Below are positions 13,759 through 26,040 of a DNA stretch of 64,000 nt, in pieces; positions within the stretch are counted from its first letter, which is position 1, and the number at the start of each line of letters is the position of its first letter. The stretch lies in NCBI GenBank assembly GCA_965644295.1, contig CBFFRP010000067.1, positions 1-64,000 on the forward strand, written 5' to 3'. The notes below the pieces were generated by a model that searched no databases, was not told the DNA's origin, and saw only the letters and a program-made list of their open reading frames with translations. The translations under genes and the position numbers were made by a program. Source of the DNA: Paraphysomonas bandaiensis (taxonomy: Eukaryota > Protista > Chrysophyceae).

Positions 13759-14491
13759 TGGTGTTCACTAGAAAACATTTCTAGATATTATAACTTAACA
13801 ACACAAGTAGTATAAGTTAATTAGCGTTGTGGGAATATTCCAGCATATTCGCATTCTTGAACAGTCTATGCTTTCTATATTATAGTTTAGGTGAATAATA
13901 CTCCGAGAATATGAAGCGTTTTATATTACAAACAAAGCAATGTACACACACTTCGCCCTGTGTCATGTACTTGCTTAGGAGTGATAGAGTGAAAGCGCCC
14001 TTATTTGCAAAATACATCTAAGGCAAGAATTCCCTGAGATTTCACAGCTTATTCATCATTGAGCTATTATTAGCTGTATCAACAACATGTTATCTGTTGT
14101 CATCTTGTATTAGTTTGAACGAAATAAATGCGATATAGAGCAGTTTTGAATTGCGCGTTAATGTATATAATGAATTAATAAGAATATCGGAATCGCCATT
14201 CACCCAGAAATGAAACATCGGTAGGTAGTCAAGATCATTTAAGCTTCGATAACGCTACGTGTACAACTATATCACTACTCTCTCTCTTCATATATTAATT
14301 CTTTTAGAGATGTATCACCGAAACTTATTCATGTAGACATCTAAGTCATGCAATCAGTGACAATTAGAGAATGAAATTTCGTTGAAACATCTTCTGTTTC
14401 AATCAAACTGAATCAAAGACAGTACAATATGTCAATATATCTGCTATATATACTTCAATGTGCATAAGTAAGCTGCTATAAAATTCAATAT

Positions 14492-14724
14492 CTAACTATC
14501 CTTTTTCTTCACTTCTTCTGTGATTCCATTGACACAATTTATGTAGCACGATTTAAATTCCTGTATACACCTCAGTCATTAAAGGGAAAGCTAAATACTC
14601 TGTCACTAACCTCAAAGGATTTATCGCAATCCTGCAGTGTTTTACCATCTACATACTGCTTGTACTGCTCTCTCTTGCACTCATTATATTTCTTCTCAAA
14701 TGGTTCACAACGTTTAGCATCCAT
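14492..14724 (-). CDS. 60-aa twin CX9C protein, Mdm35/TRIAP1-like (intron 14561-14610)
   Basis: Spliced MDAKRCEPFEKKYNECKREQYKQYVDGKTLQDCDKSFE|EFKSCYINCVNGITEEVKKKDS*; two exact CX9C motifs, the second formed across a GT-AG splice. Confidence 0.8.
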
Positions 14725-15511
14725 TATTATAATATTCGATATGAATTGTAATCACGATATGTTGTTATGATTTTATAATGCACTTGATCACACTATCATG
14801 CTCATATAATGACCGACGGCTGTGATTATTCATTGCATGGTTAGTTGCTTTGGTTTTTGTTCTGCTATATATTCCGACAAATAACAACCCTCTATAGTGT
14901 TCATCAGAACCTCACTGACGCATTGGAAGAAATATTTTCAGTCATATCTACCTTTACAAAATATCATAGATATTGCATAAAGTGGACAAATATCGGTGAT
15001 ATTTGCATATACTCCAATAAAAAATGTGAAAATAGAGGGTTTGTATAGAATATAAAAATTCCGGAGTTTCTAAGAAACATTTTCTGAGAAAAATACTTGC
15101 AAAACCGATTGTGGGTATTCTCCAGTATACAACAGGAAATACAGCGCTTTTTTTTTATCAAAAATGAAGTGTGAAATTGGACTTCAGACTTCACTTCGAC
15201 TTCATTCTTTGATATCGTTACGTTCATCTTCACTGGCTATATATATATATATGTATGTATACATACCCCACTCATACATATATATATATAACTCTGCCTT
15301 GAACCACCATATCTTTACTCTGAATACACTGAGCATTGATATCTTGATATCCCGGAGTGGAGGGGATATATGTGTATGTATTTCTCGTTCTGTTGGTAGT
15401 GAATATGTGTGTATCAGTAGATTTATGGATATAACAACATAACACGCAGATAATGTGGACTGTATGATATTCTTGTAGTCTTGTGCTTGCTCTCAGTAAC
15501 TGAGTATTGAT

Positions 15512-18500
15512 ATGAAGCTTCCATCTGATTATAATAAAGGTGATAAAGTAATTGTTATTGGACAAGATGAACTCCAGCAGCTGTTGAGTTTCTATGGCAC
15601 AGGAGAGGAATTAAGTGATCAGGATATACAGGATGTGGCCGGGACGATTGCAACAATACTATGGGTTCCTGGATATGATGATATCGATGCATGGGATGGA
15701 TGGATTCCCGTGAAAACGAATAAACTAAAAGTGTTGAATCTTCCTTTTGCAGCATTATTGGAAATCCCTGTCACGGGTATAGTGGAAGAGCCTGATGATG
15801 AAGAGGAAGTGAAAATTGTTCGTGATAAAGAATCTGAAGGAAACTTAGTTATGCAACTGGCTGCCGAAACTATTCAATCAACGTACAGGTAATGCATCGT
15901 TTGTGTTTCGTATACGACGTGAAGTATTTCATTTTCCTCATGGCGTTGGTACTGTAACTTCCGTGTATATTACTGCCAATATATTTTTATATTGATTATC
16001 TACAAGTGGTGGCACATGCCATTAGACTATATGAGCTGCCTTGTAATGAGAAAGAGAAATGTGCACTAAATATATTTTTTTCAAAGTGAAGATTAACAAC
16101 AGTTTTATAACAGACGATATCGAGCCTGTAAACCTGCAATGAAATTGCGCCGAGTGAGTTCGGAAGAGAAGCTTGTGATGTCATTGGCTGCTGACACCAT
16201 AAAGCAGAGTTTTCGGAGGTAAGAAACTAATACTGTCGGATATAGTAGTACTATTAACATTTTGCTCTGTATATCCTAATGTATATTACAGCAAACGCAA
16301 GAATCGAGAAGGTCGCCCTCCCCGTGTTCCTACAACAGCAGACCAGACGTCCATATCTAATTCACCTTATTCCACTCCCCCTCGTACGTCAAGGAGTGAT
16401 TACAGAAGCTCTCAAGACTCTCAGGTGTCTCCCGCAAGGTCTATTGACACGGCGGACTGTGCAGTCGATAAAAGCTATACCCAGATGCTACAAACTCCAC
16501 CGACTAGCCCCCCTCGTCCGGACATATACCCACCTTTCTCCTCCCTCTATCTTCATGTGTCAGATATTCGTGGAACCAATATGAAAGCGATAAAGTGGAC
16601 TGGAAGGAACGATCCATATGTGGTACTTTCTATAGGACAGTGGAGACATGAAACAGAAGTTATGTGGAGTGCAGACGATGAAGTTACATGGAAGAATGTG
16701 AATGCCATTGGTTTATATCGTCCTAAACAGGGCTCCGACGATAATGATTGTGGGAATATGCTACGTATAGAGGTATATGATGCCAATTTGGTACGAGATA
16801 ATCAATTGATTGGTTTGGCAACGTACTCCTTACAAGGCGTGGTGATAAACACTGATATGGTTATATCTGTTGATATTCATGACAGTGGTAATAAACAGAT
16901 ATATCGGGGGCATTTGGATTTAACCGTGGTAATCAAAGAATCTTCCTTGGTAGATGCCGTGACAGTAGTAAACAGTCATAATTTGAAAAAAGAGGAAGGT
17001 CGTCGTAACGTAGCGGCCGGTGTGACGTACGATGGTTCAAGGATTACAAATTCCGACCAGCTTCAAAATAATAATCTGAAAGATGAGTTGACAACAAAAT
17101 CGAAATTAAATGTGGAGAAGTCGGGGGAAATACAGTCGACAACTCAGAAATCGGTTCAATTGCCACGTAATGACAATAAGCGTCATACAGCCGAGTCGGA
17201 AAGTGAATCTTATCGAGGCAAACATTTTGACTCTAGAGTTCCTATTAGTACAAGTAGTAATGCTTCTTGCCATGAAAACCCTGCAACTCAAGCACATACC
17301 TATAAACCCACATCAAGACGAGTGGAGCGTTCCAATCGTGGAGTGGATGCAAGAACGAAGAGCAAAGCAATATCTCGGCAAAATGAGTCTGGAAACACGT
17401 CTAAGCGAGAAAATAGAACTTATGATCGCTCTCAAACCGCTCAAGTTGGAACGTCTTCGCAGAGGGAAAATGACCGCTCTGATAAGAAGAGCCCTACTAT
17501 ATTACAGACGTCATTGTCTGAGGTAGAGCCTAAGCTTAACAAAACGAAGAATTCGAAACCGAAAAAGACTTCAAAAAGAAGAAATGTCGAGGAATGGAAT
17601 GGACTAGACTTCCGAGATATTGATATTTCACCCGATATTCACAAACGTGTGGTAGATAAAGCATTCGAAATCGCTCTACTTGAGGAGAGTGCAAGCATTT
17701 ATCTACGTAAACTCGAAGTATTGTTGGTATTAGATGCTTTAGATGTGGCAGTGAACCCACATGCTCGGAATACACCTACCTCTGGAAGTAGTGGTGTATT
17801 ATTATCTTTACAGAGTCCAGCTTTATTCGCCGCGTCACTTACGCAGTACGCGAGAGATAATGATTTAGTAAATTGCAATGTGTTGAAAATATCACCGAAA
17901 CAGTTTTGTTTAACCAAAGACCAGTCGATTACCGCAATGAAGCAGTTGATTGGTTTGGTCCAAGGTACTTGGAAGAAATCCCGAAATCTAGTATTAGATG
18001 CTGCCGAGAATAGTATTGAGTCTGGGGGTAGTCGTCCTGCTCTTTGGATTTCCAACTGGGTGTCGGATCTTGCAACAATTTTGCAATTTCCTAATGGTCG
18101 GTTCGACTCCTTTACGGGAAAAGATTTCATGCTAATGAGTGACTCAGAGATAGCATCGAGACTTCAGCCGTCTATCTTACGTGCTCGTTGTCGCGTATAT
18201 AGATGTATGTTGTGTCACTTGGATGTGTGGTGGGATCGTGGAATGCGCCCGAGGGACATACTTTCAAAGCATAATTCCCTGTGTAAAACTGTTGACACGA
18301 TGTATCAATCTGGCTCCAAAGTAAACAAAGATCACCGTTATGCGGATGGTGACTATGTCAAGTTGGCATCATCCGATAGGCTGCTACAAGCATATATGCC
18401 TATCTGTCGTGCATATTCCTGGTCGGTGCCCATTGAAGATATGACTACCCTGTGCGATATTATTGGTAGCACTCAGTGCGTGGTGAACTTGCGCAAACCA

Positions 18501-20183
18501 GTCGGAGCAAATACTAAGGACATGGTAGGAACACAATGGGTGAGATTCACAGACGATACCCCGTCATTGAATAGTAAAGGTTGTGCTGTTGCTGATCTCT
18601 TACAAATTTATGATGGAAGAATAGATGTTGTATGTGGTCGTTGTGTGTGCGTTCCTTTGACATGTGTACAACCCTGTCCATCCCAAGGGAAAGGCGCTTC
18701 CACTCCGACCTTATTGACTGATATTCCCATTGAATGTATTGTTGATGGCATGGAGGTTCAGATTCAATCACTAGATACGTTATGCCGTGCATACGAGAGA
18801 TTTGATTGGTGGGATAGGCCGTCCTCTTCAACCCTGTCCAGCATTGCTGGAAAACGTGGGCGTGTGGTTTCATGCGCTTCTGCTAACGAAACCAGACGAG
18901 TTGGTGTGTCAGTTACTGGTCCAAACAGCACGAAAATAGTAGACGCCGTTCCATTGGAAGCCCTGGAATACGTAAGTAAGAAAGAATCTGATAGACCTGG
19001 TTCGTCGGCTAAACGGAAACATCAAGAAGGGCTTAGAGCGAAATCTCTTGGTGTGAATAGTAGCGAGTTAGCTGAAATAGAATCCACGAAATCCAAAAAT
19101 AAGATCGTAAGTAGAAATTCTGTCGAACTCCCACATTTGAAGTCTGGAGGAAGAAGTAATAAGAGTACATCCAATGGAAAATCCACTTCAAAAATATCCA
19201 ATTATGGTGGATCCAATGTTGTTTCATCCCAAGAAAGTAGCATTCCACGTCGCAGATCGTATAAATCTTGGATGAAACCACCTGCAACTCTTTCGTTGGA
19301 TATGGAAATTACGTCAGACACAGGCGATAACCAGTCCGATGGAACCCCGATACAGTCGAATCCAGTCAGAGATATGTGGAGCATGGGGATGGATATCGGG
19401 GGAGGGGATGAGAGCGCCCCACCTGATCCTGATGAAAGAATTAGCGAAAACGAAACACCAACAGACATTCCCAATCCAGAGGTGGAAGTTCGAAGTAACA
19501 ATATAGATGACTCGGATACTGTAGCCAGCTATTCTTGGATGCAAAGAAGTCCACAGACGGATAAGTGTAATGATTCCAAGGTGTCAGTAGTACGGAAGCC
19601 CCGAACATATCATACTTCAAGTCCCCCCAAGTTATCAACAACGAAACTTGAATTCGATTCTTCGTCTCTTGGAACACCAATCAGTCGCAGTCAGAATGAA
19701 AAAAATTTGGCTGACTTAACAGCGAATATGAAGAGGTCTAAAGCAAGGACGGAGGAACTTCATAAGTATGTTTCCAAGAAAAATCAGGCAAAGGATTCTA
19801 TTAATCAAGACGATGATAGCATTTCGCTTGGTGTTTCTGGTGTGGGATTTTCGAATATGAATAGTGGACATGAAAGTGGTGAAGTAAGAGCGCAGCGACC
19901 CGAATCCGCCAGGGCGGATCGGCGTGTTTCTGCCCATAGATCAGACAGAACCCGTCCAAGCAGTGCTTGTAATAGTCGAGCCACTAGAGGTTCGAGACCT
20001 AAGCGTCCATGGTCACAAGAAGAAAATGTGACCACGAAAAACGATTCGAATTATGACGAGCACCTTTGGAGAGAATTGAAACGAACGGAAAAGGAAGCGA
20101 AGTTTAAGGAAGCTGCACTTCTAAGACAACTTAAAAAAATGGGAGTATATGAGGAGTATAAAGATATGCCTCACGAACTCTAG
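15512..20183 (+). CDS. Large protein with IQ-like motifs, a C2 domain and Mind-bomb-SH3-like repeats
   Basis: 5' exons (AAETIQSTYR, AADTIKQSFR) lead into a 1252-aa exon containing C2 motifs (NDPYVVL, LRIEVYD, LIG). Exon joining is inferred. Confidence 0.75.
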
Positions 20184-20465
20184 ATGAAGGATTTAGTTTG
20201 GTGTTTGTATATATTGAATAGAGCTGGTTGTATCATAGCACTTGCATCAAGTTGTGATTGTTCTACTTTGAAGTACGTTAAATGAATAGATATTGTTATT
20301 GTACCCACCTTGTGTTGCGCGAAACTTCCATTGCACGAGTTGTGTAGTGCTACGGCCTACTCTACTTTTGAGGAACAAGACTTTACTACAGATAGGTTCC
20401 ATAAAGTCCTGACTGCTTTATTGTCAAAAGGACTATTTTCAGATTTAAAAGTCTGAAGAATGAAC

Positions 20466-20960
20466 TAGTAGTGAATGTCTTATTATTAGCAATATAGGTA
20501 GTGAATGTCTGATTATTTAGCAATAGGCGTTGAGACCTTGCCAATATAGGTAAGAGTCAGAACTAATTTAGCCAAACAATTTACCTAGTGCTTAACTCTG
20601 ATATCCTACTATTTAACGTTAAGTAAGCTGCTTGTGCGTCACCAAGGTGCAACCACTTTCGCTCTCGGTCCTTAAGCAAGGTGAACAGCCCGGATGCTTG
20701 CCTTCAGCAGACAGCCCTATACCTCGATACCCTTGAGGTAGACCCATTCCCGGATATCTGTTTATTGTCAGGGCCCAAAGACGTCTACACAAGTGATACT
20801 TCTATTAGTTTTTTTTTTGTACACCCAAGCATTTGGCTATGAGTGGGCAGAGAATTATCTGTTGACTATATATGTGGCTCACGTTAGTTTCCCGGAGAAA
20901 TCTCTCCGGCCTAAACCCCATAACACCACGAAAAGGTGTTAGTCTGACTTTGTTGAGGGG
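20466..20960 (+). repeat. Dispersed structured repeat family, copy B (near full length)
   Basis: Colinear similarity to copies A and C; multiple hairpins and long-range complementarity. Confidence 0.9.
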
Positions 20961-21609
20961 AAGAGTTAACTATAATAGCACGAAAGAGATATTCGGAGCA
21001 ATATATTTAGTATCACTTCCTAGTGTTGATACACCATATGATCATACTGAAAAAGAAAAATCAATATTGCGTTGCTCAATGCGATTGACGTAAAGATGTG
21101 TTTTTCAACCTCGTCAACAATGCTGAAATGTCTCGTTAAAACGATTTTGGTGTAATTGTCTTGTCAATCATGTGGTTAATTAGGTGCTAAAATTTTTCAC
21201 CTGGTCCACGCCAAGAGGTTAGCATTCCTTATCTATCAAGTAACCATCATGGCATACATGCAATTCATCATACTTCAGCCTTGCAGTCTTTTGTGTGATT
21301 GTAAAGCCAACCGTTTTCGGCATATTGATTCTGTGTACCAAATTGGTTCGTGTTCTTGTTATATGCACATCTAGCAGGGCTAGGGAACAATGTATCTTGT
21401 ATTGTAGAATTTACATTGTCTCTTCATTGAAAAAGAAAGAACTGGTGATAGTTTTAAATTCACAGTGTTGGGAGACGGGTGCACTGCCATTTTGTATATA
21501 AGAAAGTCTGATTATTACATGAGAACGGTTGTGTACAGAAACTAGTTTTACATCTATAGATTGACTAATAACTGGACTTGCTATATACTAGTGGCGGGCA
21601 ACCGTCTCG

Positions 21610-22028
21610 GGACCGCTTGTGCATCGCTGCGAGCACCATGGTGCAACCGTCCCTCTTGACTGCTATTTTGTAAAATGTATCCACATGCCAGACTATTCAG
21701 TATTAATTGGTTGGTAACATACCAACAGTTGCATGCATATACCAATGCAATGATGAAACCAACGACCCATGTCTAGAACAGATTTTAATTAATTAAGTCT
21801 TGGTATGACAAGTAACATAGCAGGTATCTACAATACTCCTGAAGTCAGCAGATGTCAGGTATATCAACATTCTGCTTGCTCACTGCGTTTGCTTTGAGCA
21901 ATAGAGCAAAGTGGTTACACCTTGGTGCTTACAGTGACGCACAAGCAGCTTTCGTAGCGCTAAATAGTAGGATAATATATCAGAGTTAAGCACTATAATT
22001 TGATTTTTTACATTAGTTCTGACTCTTA
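21610..22028. repeat. Partial copies of the repeat 5' domain: + strand 21610-21653 and - strand 21903-22028, forming an inverted pair
   Basis: gcttgtgcatcgctgcgagcaccatggtgcaacc (21615-21648) matches the reverse complement of 21913-21946 (gcttgtgcgtcactgtaagcaccaaggtgtaacc). Confidence 0.8.
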
Positions 22029-22052
22029 TACGGGTATTACTAAAACTAAGAC

Positions 22053-22547
22053 ACCCTCAACAAAGTCGGACTCGCACTTTTTCGTTGTGTTCTGGGGGAT
22101 AAGTACCGGAGAGACTCTCTCTGAGAAACTAACGTGAGCCGCAAACATAGTCAGCAGATATTCTTCTGCCCACTCATAGCCGAATGCTTGTGTCACTTGT
22201 GTAGACGTTTCTGGGCCCTGACGAATAAACAGGCCCATCTCAAGGGCATCCGGGACAGGGCCCACCTGAAGGGTAACCGGGGTATTGGGCTGCCTGCTGA
22301 AGTCAAGCATCCGGAATGTTCACCTAACGAACTCGGAGCGGAAGTGGTCGCACCTTGGTGCTTGCGGCGACGCATAAGCAGCTTCCGTAGCGTTAAATAG
22401 TAGGATAAAAAAGTGTGTACTGATTAGTTTCAGGTTGAGGTCTAACTAGTTTGTCTAGCATTCATCTAGCTATTAAGGTGGTACAGGTTATTAACGCCTA
22501 TTGCTAATAATAAGACTTTCAATAAAAGAATAAGACATTCACTACTA
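22053..22547 (-). repeat. Dispersed structured repeat family, copy C
   Basis: Reverse complement aligns with copy B from tagtagtgaatgtc to gactttgttgaggg. Confidence 0.9.
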
Positions 22548-23645
22548 TCTACAATACACGCTATAAATGATATAAAGTATAAGGAGCACATGCTAGAAAG
22601 CAGACGATATATTGCTGACTTCCTAAAAACAAAATGCTATACTTTTTTTAACCGGTCTAAATAACACATCCCCTGTTTTTACCACGTTTACCACGAGTAA
22701 TGCTAAAATCTACTGCTAGTAATGAGACCTTCAACAGTAATACTAACATAAGTGATATTATTATTAGCACCTGGATTGACTTTTTCGGAAAGGACAATTC
22801 AGCACAGTCAAAACGCTTGTCTTGCGAAAGTGAAGTGATTTACTTGACCGGTAGACTTCTGCCGATGTCGATATATCTTTCTGCTTTACCATTCCCTTTT
22901 TCGTAGTTGTTACTTTACGAACAATCTCTATGCTGCATTGTGTTGACCACACTGCTGTGACCTCATTGTTTTGTAAAGCCTTCCCAGATGCGAGCATAAT
23001 TTATAACTGAGTTTTAAACAAAAAGTTGAACGCTTCGAATTATTCATTGTTTTGAAACGACCAATTCAGTAATTCATAGTGACGACTCATGTCAACCATA
23101 TTGACTAGGTTTAATGTATACAAATATCTGATTTAGCAATCATAAACTCACTAACCTCTACTACCATCAGCAAACACAGTCTGCTTTCATACAGTCTGAG
23201 TTGTTCATTTGATCACTACTCTACGCTAATCAAAGCTGTTAGTTCAAATGAGAATAGTCACATAGCTCTCACTTACTGTGACACACCCCACTCTCTTCAT
23301 CCTCAACACCCCACTCTCTTCATCCTCTTAGAGGGGTACAACCCTCATATACACATACATCCACTTCATATGTATGTGTATGTATGATGTCTGTTTCTAT
23401 ATGTGTATGACTGTAGCAGCACTTCAGCCTGTACATAACATAACACTGAATAAGACTCTTAACTCTACTGTACTCATCAGTGATATCAGTAACACATATC
23501 GATATGATGATACGGCACAAAGAGCTCGTATCTATGAAGAGTGCTACTCATAGGCGCATATATGAAGCTATGTTGTGTTTCTTGTACAGGAGATGAGATT
23601 AATGATGTTGTATATATTAAATTTTAAGGTCCTCTCACCAACAAA

Positions 23646-23739
23646 TCCTTGTTAGTATAGTGGTCAGTATACCCGCCTGTCAAGCGTCCTGTGATCTCTC
23701 AGATCGCGGGAGACCGGGGTTCGATTCCCCGACAAGGAA
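23646..23739 (+). tRNA. tRNA-Asp (GTC) with 22-nt intron at 37/38, copy 1
   Basis: Acceptor TCCTTGT/ACAAGGA; CCCGC-CTGTCA[agcgtcctgtgatctctcagat]C-GCGGG; T-arm CGGGG-TTCGATT-CCCCG; C32 can pair with the antepenultimate intron G. Confidence 0.92.
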
Positions 23740-23827
23740 TTTCAATCATTTTTTGTTTTGTGTCTGTTATCCTCTACTGTACTTTGCATTTATAATACCA
23801 AAAAATACTGCGATGTATATCCGCAAA

Positions 23828-23921
23828 TCCTTGTTAGTATAGTGGTCAGTATACCCGCCTGTCAAGCGTCCTGTGATCTCTCAGATCGCGGGAGACCGGG
23901 GTTCGATTCCCCGACAAGGAA
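23828..23921 (+). tRNA. tRNA-Asp (GTC) with 22-nt intron, copy 2
   Basis: Identical to copy 1. Confidence 0.92.
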
Positions 23922-25775
23922 TTTCATATCTTTTTCTTGTTTTTTTTGGATCACACAGTACATATATTATATGTGCTTATTTTGTAGTAGTAAAGACAGA
24001 AATAGTGGTACACATTATCAACATAATCTTTTGCATTGAGGTGTGTTTAAACACAGCCAGACCATTTACCTGAATTTTACTGCTGCATTAATGCATTGTG
24101 ATATGTGTTTTTCTGTTCTATATTAATGATCAGCACAGAATAGTCACTTGAAGCTTGTTTCACTGTCGATGGTTCACTTTACAACGCTGTACGTTATGTC
24201 TGATACTCTCCTTGTTTGGTAGTTAAGTATAATATAGTCTAAAAGTAGCACCTACCTATTTGCTTGAAGACGAGACTTGATTGTGTAGTAATGGTTTCCT
24301 CTTTTAAAGGGTAAATTTACACGAAATCAAAGCATATTTCTGAGAAGTAAAGTGCTCCAGTTAGCGAGGAAACAACATCCTATTAGTTGTGAATGATTAT
24401 ATATTTACTATCTTATTTATATATGCACTAAAACTGTGATTGTATCAAGCTCTTGCATATCTGCTTCATCACTATGTTCTAGTACGGATAGATGGCGATG
24501 AATATATTCTAGTATTATAACAAGTTATCCTGTATAATAGAGTGTTCCTTATCCTTACTCACATATGCATACTCACAGTTAGATTTACAATCACATTTCC
24601 TAATGCATATGTTCGCTCCAACTAAAGTCAACTAACCTAAATTCACTTTTGTTACATTGTATTGATTGTTGTGTCCTTTAATTTTGTATTACGAAATGTT
24701 TCTGCTGCATAGTATTGAACAACTGAATAGGGTTAATTCTTCCATTGGTATATAAGTCACAAATACGTTAGAAATAATTCTGGTGGTGAAGTAGGACTAC
24801 AAAAGGTATTGAAGATGTAGTGATACTGGTTAAATGATGAAATGTGATAAATAATGGGGAATGTAGAGACTTCGAATAGGTGGTCCTGACTAGATATTGC
24901 TTGCAAAGAGTATACGATTCAAATAGTTGCATAACCAAAAGTTAAACACAAGGTATACGACATAATATAATATATGTAATTAAGCGATCAGTTTATAGTT
25001 TTATGGTTTATGGATAGTTTATAGTTTCCACATTCTACACATTCCATTTTCCAATCCTACTTCCTGTAGACCTAACATCTATATATAGATATACTTAACT
25101 TGTAGAAGATATCGTGCTTCCAATATATGTCTGTATCAGAAAGTCGTACTTAGTGCTTATGAATAGAAGAGTTGAGTTTCATTTTTGAATTCAATGAGTA
25201 GTAGAAAACAGAGCACCTGTGCACTGATACAGAAGAGAAATGCACCCTCTCCTAGATGTCGTCATATTAGTAATTACAAAATTAGAACTTTTGAGCTGAG
25301 CATTGGTGTCGTCAAGCATAAAGGATAAATCCAGATAGAGCTATCTCCTCTATAGCATGGGTGAGTTCATAAGCTATTCTTTCTCATACTTTCCCCTACC
25401 TCTATTGCGTATCCCTGCAAGATTTATGAATAATTTGAACAGATTACGATATAAACCCCTTAAAAGTATTCCCTTACACTAAGATATCATCACTCTATGA
25501 AGTGTTTATTGCAAAGAGTGTCCGTTTAGTTCTCAGATCGTCAACCCATCTAATGAAGTGAGGATTTCAACACCCTATACAAGCGGGAGCCTGGCGATAC
25601 TATATAGCATCTTGGGAGCAATGAATATCACAAGGGCTATGCACCTGACGATTCACATTGTCTTAAGAAACCTTTGATGCGACAGGAGTGCAGTTGTCAA
25701 TACAAGATTGTCTTGTTGCAGTCAGAGCATATTAGATTTATATATACTAAATTTTAAGGTCCTTTCACCAACAAA

Positions 25776-25869
25776 TCCTTGTTAGTATAGTGGTCAGTAT
25801 ACCCGCCTGTCAAGCGTCCTGTGATCTCTCAGATCGCGGGAGACCGGGGTTCGATTCCCCGACAAGGAA
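25776..25869 (+). tRNA. tRNA-Asp (GTC) with 22-nt intron, copy 3
   Basis: Identical to copy 1. Confidence 0.92.
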
Positions 25870-26040
25870 TTTCAAATCTTTTTTTTTGCTTCTTTTGGAT
25901 CACTATGTCCATATATTATACACTATGTATCCTCCTTATTGTTGTGTATGTATGATGCTATGAATCTTAATTGATTCGATTGCTACTTCCAAACACATCT
26001 ATTATATCATCTCACTAATCAACTTGACGGACAGTTTTCA

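Noticed and set aside
22026-22310. Recurring peptide TQAFGYEW..YLLT..AAHVSF as a protein family
   Set aside because: The frame is broken in copy B and indels elsewhere are not in multiples of three; base-pairing explains the conservation better.
22200-22410. Known ribozyme in the repeat (hammerhead ctgacga/gaaac; pistol-like cgttaaatag; group I-like gacta/tagtc)
   Set aside because: The core motifs are on opposite strands, missing from other copies, or lack the required partner helices.
23683-23710. Second anticodon-like hairpin (GTGAT-CTCTCAG-ATCGC, Glu CTC) within the tRNA-Asp intron
   Set aside because: No plausible splice gives a normal cloverleaf with it; the 37/38 intron with a canonical anticodon-intron pair explains the gene.
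23660-24073. ORFs overlapping the tRNA genes (also 3895-4305)
   Set aside because: Incidental reading frames across tRNA and AT-rich flanks.
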